64,000 bases of DNA, taken from NCBI GenBank assembly GCA_025558095.1, contig JAIVFI010000038.1, positions 248,001 through 312,000 of the forward strand. The letters are read 5' to 3'. Every line of letters starts with the position of its first letter. The first letter of the stretch is position 1. Positions 54,572-64,000 of this stretch are shown here, one piece after another. The stretch comes from Hyaloraphidium curvatum SAG 235-1. Its lineage: Eukaryota > Fungi > Monoblepharomycota. A model generated the notes under the pieces. The model made no database searches and had not been told where the DNA came from. It was given only the letters and a program-made list of their open reading frames with translations. The position numbers were made by a program, and so were the translations under genes.

Positions 54572-57288
54572 ATGTTCTCGCGGTGGCTCCGCGTAGCCGC
54601 TGTCGCAGCGCTCCTCGGGGCCCTTGCGGTCGCTGCCGAATCCCGGGTCGTCCAGATCAGCGCCGGCGCTGGCCACGCCCTTGCACTCCTCTCTGACGGC
54701 ACCATTCGGGCCTGGGGGCGCAGCGCCGAAGGCCAAACCGCCGTTCCGGCCGGTCTGTCCGGCGTGCGAAGCGTCTCCGCGGGCGGCTACCATTCGCTGG
54801 CCTTGATGAACGACGGAACCGTCAGGGCATGGGGAAGGAACCTTGAAGGCCAGACCGACATTCCTGCTGGCCTTTCCGAGGTTGTAGCGATAGCAGCCGG
54901 AGGTCTACACTCTCTCGCGTTACACGAGGATGGAACGGTCACGGGATGGGGTTCGCGTGGCCCATCTAGGAACTCTTCTGATTCATTTCGTGGTATCGTT
55001 AATGTGGTAAGCATCGCTGCGGGATGGGATCACTCACTTGCGCTGCTGGCAACCTCAGTTGTCGAGTTCTGGGGAGATGGACAAGCAACCGGTTCGTTTA
55101 GTATGTGGATTGAAGACGTGCGCGATGTCGCCCAAGGCGCTTGTGGCAATGATATCACACTGCTTTTGCTCAAGAATGGCACCGTCTTGACTTTTGGTAC
55201 TGGGAAGGACACGTGGGGGTACCCTCTGTCGGGCCGAGTACCTCCAAGCCTTGCAACAACAAGAGTCGTGCAGGTTGACGTGGGTGGCGGCGGGCAACTT
55301 GCCCATTCACTCGCACTATTGGAAGATGGGACGGTCCGCAGTTGGGGCCAGTACTGTGACAACTTGCAACCCTTGCTTTTCGGTTCTGCTCCACCGGGGG
55401 GCGCGGACGGATCGGTCCCAATCCCGGGCGTTTCCGACGCTGTTCAGGTCACCGCTGGGGACTGTTTTTCGCTGGCTCTGCTCTCCGATGGACGGGTGAT
55501 GGGTTGGGGACTCAACACGCACGGGCAGATCACCATCCCTCCAGAGCTCACCGTGCCGTCGACGCCCCTGCTCCAACGCCCTTCCTTGGCCGACCTAGGA
55601 TCCCCACCGCTTCCTTTGTCTACCGCATCTTCCACGCCTGCCGCTCCTCCTCCACCGCCCTCGCCTGGAGCTCCGGTCGGCGCGATCATCGGCGGCGTCG
55701 TCGGAGCCCTGGCCACTGGAGGACTCGCAGCAGCAGGCTACGTCTACTACCGCCGGCGTAGCGGCAAAGTCCGGAGCACCGAGGACCCTCCGGAACGTGG
55801 CGTATCGGAATCAGACCGTGGCGGGCCATCGTTGGACTCTGACGATCACGGCGTGCACGGAGACCCGCTCAGCTGGAAGGATCACGAAGACCCCGTCACT
55901 ACATTTCCTGACGCCGCCGCAGTTGCTGCCCTAGATGCCGACGCAGATGGCACTACCCTTGACCAAGGGGATCGCGCTCTGGTCGAGCATCCTTCGCACA
56001 GGCCGGACGAGCTTTCGTTGCCGATCCACGGTTCCTCTGTCCCTGCGATCACGGCGGAGTCGGGATCCGGATCGGGGAAGGTCCTTGCGGCAGACGCATC
56101 CGACGTGCTTTCGGGGGAAACGGTGGCAGCTCCGACGCAGGCCTTCGCTCCTCCGAAGGCATCGGCCCCTGCAATCGTCGCGGGTGCTGCGGCCGTGGCG
56201 GAATCGGCGAAGAGCACAGCTTCTCTCAATCTCACCGAGAGCGAGCAACGTGTGGAGGTCAAGCATCCTTCCGCGGGGGATCTCGCCGCGCAGGGACCCT
56301 CCGAGTCCGCGAGCGCCGAGCAAGACGCTACGGCCGTCGGATCCCCCGTCATCCCTGCCAAGCCCCGCCCGCAGCTGGCCCGCAGCGGTACCGCCCAATG
56401 GATCAAGCTCGAGGACATCGAGATCGACCGCACCAGACCCCTCGGCCGCGGCGGTTTCTCCGAAGTTTTCCGCGGGCGGTACCGCGGCAGCCCCGTCGCC
56501 GTCAAGATGCTCAACGACATGCAAGGGGACGACGCCGCCGCGCGCTCGTTCATGTCGGAGATGCGCATCTGGGCCGACCTGGCCCCCTGCGATTACGTGG
56601 CGCCGTTGGTGGGATACCGCACCGACCCCGCCTTCCTCGTCACCGTGCTGTACGAAGGGGGAAACCTCTCCGCGTTCCTTGCATCCAGGAATTGGGACCG
56701 CGCGCTGGCTGTCAAGCTGCTCGGGGAGGCGGCACGGGGCCTCGCGCACCTGCACGCGGGCGGGATCCTGCACGGCGACGTCAAGGGCGAGAACGTCCTC
56801 GTGGACCTCGCCTCCGGGGTGCCCGAGGCGAGGGTGGCAGACTTCGGGCTGGCAAAGACCCGCACGACGGTGCTCGATACGGTCGGGAACAGGGCTTACC
56901 AGTACCGCGGCGCGCACGGGTACACGCTGGCTTTCGCGGCGCCCGAGGTTTTCGAAGGGCAGGACGGCGCGAAGGCCTCGGACGTCTGGGCCTTCGGGAT
57001 GACGGTCTACCAGGCGTTTGCGGCGGGTAAACAGCCGTACTGGACCGTGAAGAGCATCCCGGCGGTGGGTTTCCGTGCTTCGTTGGTCTCGCCGCCGACG
57101 CCTCCCGCTAATGCGCTACATCGTCGCAGATCACCATGGCAATCGTGTCCGGCAAGCATCCCACGCGACTCCCTGGCATGACGGACGACGTCTGGGACGT
57201 GATGGTGCGGTGCTGGTCGCTGGATCCTGCGGCGAGGCCTACCATGGCGGAGGTGGTCGGGATGTGGGAGAGAGAAGTCAGGAGCTAG
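54572..57288 (+). CDS. Receptor-like TKL protein kinase with a 7-repeat RCC1/BLIP-II ectodomain
   Basis: Signal peptide; seven AG..HSLAL..DGTV..WG repeats; TM GAIIGGVVGALATGGLAAAGYVYYRRR; GRGGFS, VAVK, HGDVKGEN, DFG, APE, DVWAFG; last intron ~57064-57129. Confidence 0.92.
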
Positions 57289-57605
57289 GCTTTGGCCGAA
57301 GCACCTGAAGCCTCGGGGTTCGCCGTGAATATTCCATTAGCATGTCTGATCAAGTTATCAATATGAGGAGAGAGGAAAGGGGAACAGTGGTGTAGATAGG
57401 AGACGGATGACATTGCCCCGGCCCGCTCCCCTCCACGGAATCCCGCGCAGACCCGCGGCAGCAGCCTCCCGAGCACGGATGCAAATCGTCTCCGTGCTTT
57501 GGTAGGCGCTGCCGGGTCTGGCGCGTCCAGCCGTGCCGGGAGACGGCAGTCACCACGCCATCTCGGGCTGTGCACGACCCCGTCAAAGCGCAAAGGCCGC
57601 GGAGG

Positions 57606-59126
57606 ATGGCCCCGGCGGCCGGCGCCGGGCCAGCCGAGCCCCCCGACGCGGGCGCGGCGATGGCCGAACACTTTGCGCGGCCCGCGGACCGTGCGGAGGG
57701 CGCGGCGGGCGCGGCGGACGGCCCGGGGAGCCCGGCGTCGTTCGGCAGCTTCCAGTCCGAGGGCGGCGACGGGCTGTCCCCGCTGTCGGCGGCGCGCGCG
57801 CTGCAGCGGCGGATGTACTACGCCAAGCGGAGCGCGAGCGAGGGCGGGCCGGGCGGCACGCTGGGCAGACGGCGGTCGCCGGGGGGCGCGCGCGAGCAGC
57901 CGGCCTCGCCCGCAGACGACGACCCGCGCAGCCGCAGCCGCTCGCTGTCGCCCGCAAGCGGCGGCAGCCAGCACGGCGCAGAGGCGCTGGGCTTCTCGTG
58001 GGTCGAGGGCGAGGACGGGCGGCGGGACGAGGCGGACGGCGCGGAGGGCGGCGCCCCCGATCCCCCGCCCCGCATGGCCTCGCTGCACGCTCCCGGCCAC
58101 GCTCCCGGCCACGCAGACCCGCTCAGCTTGCACCGCACCGCCTCGGCGCCCGCCCCCGGCCCGCCCGCGCCGCCCTCGCTCTACCTCGCCGACGGATACT
58201 TCCCCGCCTCCCCCGCGACACCCTCCTCCACACCCTCGTCGGCATCGCCCGCCACCTACGAGCCCCCGGACGACGACCCCGCGCCCAAACCCGAGCGCAA
58301 GCTGCTCCTCCACTCCCTCATGAGCTCGCTCTCCATCCCCGTCCCCCGCAAGGGGGACGACGACCCCTCGCCCACCTCGGCGGGCAAACCCGCGGGCTGG
58401 ATCGGCAACCTGCTCCGCCGCCGCTCGCGGGACGTCGCGCCCGCCTCCGAGGTCCGCATCGCCGGCCCGACCTTTGTCAAGGGCGCCGCGGTGGACGCCC
58501 CGCCGCCGCGGACCGCCAGCGCGGACCTGCAGCAGCCCGGCGCGCTCCTGCAACCGCCCCTGCACGCCTCCCGCGCTTCCTCCGCCCCCTCCCTCTCGGA
58601 CCTCGCCGAAGCGGACGCCGAGCCCGGCATCGAACCCCCGGCACCGCTCCGCACGGCCTCCAAAGGCACCCTCCCGCGCGCCACGACCGACCTGCACCTC
58701 CCCCCGCCGCTCGCCCCCTCCCCCGCGTCCCCCGCCCCGCGGCACGCGTCCCTCCCGCGCCCCTCGCCCTCCCCCTCGCCCGTTTCCGCGGCGCGGGAGC
58801 TCCGCTTCCCCGCCCCCGTGGTGCCGGAGGCGCCGCCGGCGAGGGGCGACTCGCACTTTTCCACCGCGCCCACGGACGTGCTGTTCCCCCCTGCGCCGCC
58901 GGTGCTGCGGCGCGGGCCGACGTTCCCCGAGATCCTGGAGCGGATCGACGGCGTGGACGCCGGGTCGCCGTCGCCCGCCGCGGATCCCGGGGACGAGGAG
59001 GACGGCGAGAAGGGCGGGGCGAGGGCGGTGAGGGAGGCGGCGGCGGGGGGGAGGAGGGTGGGGGGGGCAGAGGGGCAGAGGAGGAGCGTGGCGGGGGTGT
59101 TGGCGTGGGAGGGCGAGGGGACGTAG
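57606..59126 (+). CDS. Low-complexity Pro/Ser/Ala-rich hypothetical protein
   Basis: Long ORF with coding-like third-position bias and short ordered patches (LQRRMYYAKR; IAGPTFVKG; RRGPTFPEILERID). Confidence 0.5.
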   Translation: MAPAAGAGPAEPPDAGAAMAEHFARPADRAEGAAGAADGPGSPASFGSFQSEGGDGLSPLSAARALQRRMYYAKRSASEGGPGGTLGRRRSPGGAREQPASPADDDPRSRSRSLSPASGGSQHGAEALGFSWVEGEDGRRDEADGAEGGAPDPPPRMASLHAPGHAPGHADPLSLHRTASAPAPGPPAPPSLYLADGYFPASPATPSSTPSSASPATYEPPDDDPAPKPERKLLLHSLMSSLSIPVPRKGDDDPSPTSAGKPAGWIGNLLRRRSRDVAPASEVRIAGPTFVKGAAVDAPPPRTASADLQQPGALLQPPLHASRASSAPSLSDLAEADAEPGIEPPAPLRTASKGTLPRATTDLHLPPPLAPSPASPAPRHASLPRPSPSPSPVSAARELRFPAPVVPEAPPARGDSHFSTAPTDVLFPPAPPVLRRGPTFPEILERIDGVDAGSPSPAADPGDEEDGEKGGARAVREAAAGGRRVGGAEGQRRSVAGVLAWEGEGT

Positions 59127-59359
59127 CTGCGTGGAAGGAGGGAAGGAAGGGTGCGGTGTATCTATTGCTCTGAGGCACGGTCGGTGTATTGACGAGGCGC
59201 TTGATATGGAATGCTATGAGGGCATTATGAGCATTTGGATTTTGCGCTGCTTGTTGGCGAAGCGGCGGGATGCGACGGCGCGGTGAGTCGGCGGGCCAGC
59301 CACGCTCAGCCCCGCGTCCCCGCGCCATCGCGCGCGCGGCGCAGGGGGGCCACGGGGAG

Positions 59360-59368
59360 GATAAAAAG
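59360..59368 (+). promoter_or_regulatory. TATA-like element
   Basis: gataaaaag in GC-rich context, ~80 nt upstream of the small Cys/His gene. Confidence 0.3.
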
Positions 59369-59442
59369 AGCCGGGACGCAGGCTGCGGATCCGCACCAAT
59401 AAGAAACTAGCCCTCCCACGACTCCCTCCCACCTGCATCGAT

Positions 59443-59978
59443 ACGACAAGGTCCCTCCAATGCTCCGGCATCAAAGCCGACGGCGGCCGCTGCACCCGCA
59501 CGGCCTACACGGCCAAGTACAACAACGGGGCCTACTACTGCGGCACCCACGCCAACCAGGCCGAGGATAAGGGGCTGTACAAGGTGGGATTTGGCGGAGA
59601 GCCAAGGCGCCGGCCGTTGCTGATCACGCATCCCCAGGTCGGCGGCGGGTCGGGGAAAGCCGGCGGGGCGACCAACTACTACGTGGTCGAGCAGAAATCG
59701 AAAACGTGGGTTGCGGTCCCGCCCGATGCCGATGCGCCCCGGATTGACCGGCGCCCGTCACCCGACAAAGCTGCGGATACGGCGTGAAGCACTTCGGACG
59801 CTGCGGGGAGGACTTCAAGGTCACTTCGTACGAGGGCACACCGATGTGCTACAGATGTCACGACACGCAGTCGCTTTTGGGGTTCGACAGGAAGAGGTGC
59901 AACCGGCCGCCGGCGCAGGTCAGCTCGGGAGGATACATCCCGTACTGCACGGAGCACGCGAGGAGCAACGGGTATTAA
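59443..59978 (+). CDS. Small Cys/His-rich (putative Zn-binding) protein, 3+ exons, start unresolved
   Basis: QCSGIKADGGRC...YYCGTHA; introns 59584-59637 and ~59706-59770; final exon ...RCNR..YCTEHA..GY*. Confidence 0.6.
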
Positions 59979-60148
59979 TGGACGCAGAGTGCTGCTGTCA
60001 TGGAAAAGAATGTATTAGGATGATTGCGATCTCTGTCGTTACACTGCTTTTCAGCTCGAGGTGGACATCCCGCCGCGCACCGATCGGGGGTGTGGAGTTT
60101 CCCAACTCACTTGAGAACAGTCAACCCTAGACGCCCCGCACCGGAAAG

Positions 60149-61272
60149 ATGGCCTCCACGACGCCGCGCTCCTTAGACGCTGTTCCCGACCCCGTTTCGG
60201 CCCTCGCCGCGGCCGCCCGCGCGCTCGAGGATGGCTTCCGCGCGGCCCTGGACGCCTCCTCGAAACGCGTTGACGCAGCGTGGTCCGGCCCCGTCGCCAC
60301 CTACGACGACGAGGTGGCGATACACACGCGCCTGAGGAAGCTGCTGGGCAACGCGTCGGAGGGCCTGCGGAGGTTGTACGACAGAACCGGCAAGGTTGCG
60401 GCGCCCCATCGCGACACCTTTTCCGAGCCGGACGCCCCTCCCTCCCCGCTCATCGCCGTCCCGGACATCCTTCTGATGATCATCGAGCGCGTCGGGCCCC
60501 GCAAGACACTCCTGGAGCTGGCGATCACGTGCAGGACGGCTTACCGCGCTTGCCTGCCGGCCCTGCTGCGCGACATGCGCCTCCGTGACCGCTGCTCCGA
60601 GCCGGCGTGGGCGTTCGCGCTGGGATCGATGCCGGCCGGCTTTGCCCTGAACAAGTTCCGCTTGGTACGCAGCCTGGAAATGGGAAGCTCCATGCACAAG
60701 TTTCTTCACCTCCTCGTCGCGTTCTCGGAGCTGCGGCGGCTAAAGATCGCGCTTTGGGATTCTCGGGACGAGGTGGCGATCGCTACGAGCCTTGCGTTGC
60801 CGCGCCTCGAGCACCTGCACGTGGTCTTTGAATACGGCGACGATGCTGGGGTCAGGCACCCCGAAGGAGACCATTTCGAGGACTTCGACTTTGATCTCCC
60901 GAGCCTCCGCAGCTTTACATGCGAAACCGAAGACGGGCGCGAGTATCCGATCTCCCCGACCTTCTTCGTGTGGTTCATGAAGGCGGTGGAGCGGCTCCGG
61001 CGCTGGAGACGGTGGACGCGATGGGGCTGCGGGACTGGCGCCAGCTTCGGACGGTCTGGCGGGCGCTGTGCAGGGGGGAACTGTTGCGGTCCGTGGAGGT
61101 GATCCGCACCGGATGCATCAAGACCAGCATGCTGCTCGAGGTGCCGGCCAACCTGCGCGAGCTCGACGTGGAGGATCCTGTCTTCGATCACACCGGTTCC
61201 CACTTCGGCGAAGAAGATCGGGCGGTCGTGGAAGCGGCGATCCTGAAGTACGGTCTGGCGGAGGCGGAATAG
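60149..61272 (+). pseudogene. F-box-like/LRR protein with a frameshift near 60990
   Basis: VPDILLMIIERV...LAITCR...CLPALLR followed by LRR-like LEHLHV/LRSF; coding continues in the 60919..61272 frame (LRELDV). Confidence 0.6.
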
Positions 61273-61289
61273 ATCGCAAGACTTGAAGA

Positions 61290-61849
61290 TCACGATCCGG
61301 GGGAAGGGAGGGGGGAAGGAAAGGGGGAAAAGAGCTGGCAAAACGATACCACTGCGACCATGGCGGCGCAGTCCAGGAGATGCGGGTCGTCGGCGATCCT
61401 CAGCGCGATCGCCGGCTCGTCCCGCGCCAGCGTCTGCAGGATCTCGGCCGCAGCCTCGCCAAGGAGGCGGGCCACCGGGGAGCGCGGCACACTTGTCGAC
61501 GCGGGGTCCGTCACGATCAGCTTGCGGAGGTCGTGGTAGCTTTCGCGGAACAGGGAAAAGCAGAGGTGGCGCCGGACCTCAGCATCGTCGATCGGGGTTT
61601 TCGGCGCGCGGTTCCCCCGAAAGTGCGGCCGCAGAGGCCCCGGGTCGCCCTTCGCGAAGAAATGGGGCAAAGCAGAAAGGCGGCCTGGTTCATGGCGGCC
61701 TTGGCGCGCTCGCGGTCCGCCTCCGACACGGCGCAGGCGACCAGGAACGACACGTCGCGCACGAAGGCGGCGGTGTCCATGTCCGCCCATGGCGCTGTCC
61801 ACGCGTCGCCAGCATGCCCGAGGGGCGCGGCAACCTTTTTGGAGCCCAT
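61290..61849 (-). pseudogene. Hypothetical protein with a frameshift near 61670
   Basis: MGSKKVAAP...NQAAFLL continues as LPHFFAKGD... in the adjacent frame. Confidence 0.4.
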
Positions 61850-62298
61850 CCTTTCGGGCGTGGGGTTGCTGTCGGAGCCGCCGGGGGTTGAGCTTCGCGG
61901 GCGTTGTGCTGCAACGCGTGGTGGGTGTCGACTTCGAGATCGGAGGCGCACATCACTTCTCAGGACCATGCACCGCAAATGGACGCCCAGCTTCCATGGC
62001 CAAATGGCACATGATGCTCTTACAGCTTACTCCGGGTCTGGACGGGGCACTCTGGGAGTGGAACGCAGGATGGAGTAGGCCAAATGAAGGACGAGATCTC
62101 GCTGACGACTTTTTCTATGAATCGTGAACCGTTATATATATGGCGGCCACCTATTGCCGTTGCAGAGCTAGCAGGGAGTGGATGCGGCGCCGTGCTCGAA
62201 ATGCTTCCCTTCATCAGCGGTCGAGAGCGTCGGGCAGGGTGCCGTGGCTGGGCCGTTTGAGACGATCGAGGTCTCAACACCCACCACCTCTTCGAAGG

Positions 62299-63966
62299 AT
62301 GGCCGACGGCGCCGCTCAGCAGGCACCCGTTGCCGATGTCGCGATCGCGGGCGGCGCGGCGGACGGCGAGGCGGCCCTTGTGCCCGACCCCGCCGCGCCT
62401 TTGCTGCTCCCCAACGAGCTGCTCGAGCGGATCATGGGCCTCCTGGCCTCGGAGGGCAGCTTCCGAGCTCTGCTAAATCTCGCGCTCGCCGAGCGCCGCA
62501 TGTGGCTGCTCGCCCAGCCGGTGCTCTACGAGACGCTGGACTTCCCCGCTCTCGCCCGCCGCGGGCCGGCCGGCGCCCGCTTCCTCGAGTCGCTCGCGCT
62601 CGCGTACGACGCCGAGGTGCGCCTGCAGCACGTGCGCCGCATCGTGCACGCGCCGGTGCCCGGCCTGCCCGACGTGGTCGGGTGGGCCGTCGTGCTCGGC
62701 TGCCTGCGGCGCGGCTTCCGGCCGGGCATCCGCAGCCTCGAAGTCGAGGTCACGAACACGGGCGCGGCGCGGCAGCTTCATTCCGTCCTCTCCGATAGCC
62801 CGAGAACCTGCCTCGAGCGGCTGGAGATAGCGACCGCGAGCGACATGCAGACCTGGGAACTGCGGCACCTCGCGCTGGGGATCCCGATCCCACCGTCCGT
62901 GCGCCACGTGCGGTACATTACCTACGGGCTCATCAACGAGGAAATGATCCGTGCGATCGGCGAAGCCGCGGGGCTGGAGACGTGGGAGCTGGAGTTCAGG
63001 CCGCCGCGCTACCTCGACTACTACGGGGCCCTCCCTTCTTCCCTGGCGGACAAGCTCGCTGCTCTCGCGGGCCCAATGCACCTTGCTAGGCGCATCGCGG
63101 CGGTATCTCAGCCCCGGCTGCGCAGCCTGCGGATCGACGGCTTCGACAGGGCCGCGGACGGGGACGCCGGCATCGGCTTCCTGCTCGCGCTCCCAGCGCC
63201 GGGATCGCTGGCCTTCTGCCGATCCTCCCCATCGGACCTCGTCAAGGTCGCCGACCTCCTCCGCGAGGGTGACCTCGCCTCCTTCCCGCCGCAAGGCATC
63301 GAGATCGCCGAGCCGCGGCGGCCCCGCCTCGAGGAGGACGGGCTCAACGCCGTCGCCCTGGCTTTCGCCGGCGTCGACGTGCCCGTGACCGTCACCGGGT
63401 ACACCGCCTCCTTCCCGGACGGACAGGCGCCCTGGGCGCTCGCTGCATGGCGGGACGTGCCCTGCTTCGCCTTCGACCCGCCGCTCCCCCCCGCTGAGCC
63501 CTACGCCGGCGCGGAAGCCGAACTCCGCGCCGCGCTGGACGCCCCCGGCAACGCGCCCGCAAAGGATAGCGTCGTCTACCACGCATGCTGCGTCCCAAAT
63601 GGCGCGGAGCTGGCCCGGCGCGCCGAGGAACACGCGCTGCAGGCCGGCCGGTTCGTGCGGGACCTCGAGGCCGAGATCGCCGGCGTCGGCGGGGGTGCGG
63701 TGGTCCGGGAGGTGCTCGATCGGCGCTGGGGGGACCTGCTCCGCCGCGCGGGGGAGGACGCGGCCTCGTTCCGCCGGATCTGCGGCGGCCTGGCGCGGTG
63801 GCAGCCGGGCTCCGTGACGGCTCCTGAGAGGCACGCCGCGCGCGACCGCGTGGCCGCGTTGCTGCGGGAGATCGCGCTCGTCCGGCTCAAGCTGGTGGCG
63901 CTGGCGGGCCAGTACGAGCAGCGCGGGTTCGGATGGCGGGAGGTGCCGGACGTGGCGTCGCTCTGA
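62299..63966 (+). CDS. F-box-like protein with LRR-like segments, intronless
   Basis: LLPNELLERIMGLL...LNLALAERRMW..AQPVLYETL; IRSLEV, LERLEI, LETWEL, LRSLRI. Confidence 0.7.
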   Translation: MADGAAQQAPVADVAIAGGAADGEAALVPDPAAPLLLPNELLERIMGLLASEGSFRALLNLALAERRMWLLAQPVLYETLDFPALARRGPAGARFLESLALAYDAEVRLQHVRRIVHAPVPGLPDVVGWAVVLGCLRRGFRPGIRSLEVEVTNTGAARQLHSVLSDSPRTCLERLEIATASDMQTWELRHLALGIPIPPSVRHVRYITYGLINEEMIRAIGEAAGLETWELEFRPPRYLDYYGALPSSLADKLAALAGPMHLARRIAAVSQPRLRSLRIDGFDRAADGDAGIGFLLALPAPGSLAFCRSSPSDLVKVADLLREGDLASFPPQGIEIAEPRRPRLEEDGLNAVALAFAGVDVPVTVTGYTASFPDGQAPWALAAWRDVPCFAFDPPLPPAEPYAGAEAELRAALDAPGNAPAKDSVVYHACCVPNGAELARRAEEHALQAGRFVRDLEAEIAGVGGGAVVREVLDRRWGDLLRRAGEDAASFRRICGGLARWQPGSVTAPERHAARDRVAALLREIALVRLKLVALAGQYEQRGFGWREVPDVASL

Positions 63967-64000
63967 TGTGCAGACGAGTGGATGCGTCTGTATTGTCAAT

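Noticed and set aside
1-64000. tRNA, rRNA, CRISPR arrays and prokaryotic operons
   Set aside because: None recognisable by eye; introns throughout indicate eukaryotic DNA. tRNAscan-SE/Infernal would be needed to exclude small RNAs.

Overview
GC-rich, gene-dense eukaryotic DNA with short (~50-65 nt) spliceosomal introns and ctgac/ctaac branch sites. Gene content and style fit an early-diverging fungus (chytrid/monoblepharid-like), which is an inference. About 35 genes are supportable, including squalene synthase, a Nudix hydrolase, DBP9, a WRN-type exonuclease, CHIP, a peroxisomal acyl-CoA synthetase, a homeobox protein, UBLCP1, a long-form intersectin, MFS and mitochondrial carriers, EEF2KMT, fructosamine kinase, a BBE-like oxidase, an RCC1-ectodomain receptor kinase and F-box-like proteins. 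Several genes look bacterial or phage-like. The most striking object is a ~6.8 kb non-LTR (RT + restriction-like endonuclease) retroelement at 43322-50131 (minus strand). It has three start/stop-overlapping ORFs, essentially no UTRs and no poly(A). It is flanked by a GGCGC direct repeat and splits a membrane-protein gene whose frame is restored when the element is removed. Its RT ORF has no stop inside the inferred boundaries, but joining the two ends yields a stop overlapping the ORF1 ATG, hinting at a circular or tandem, fully coupled coding unit. All family assignments come from motif recognition, not database searches. Exon boundaries are read by eye.
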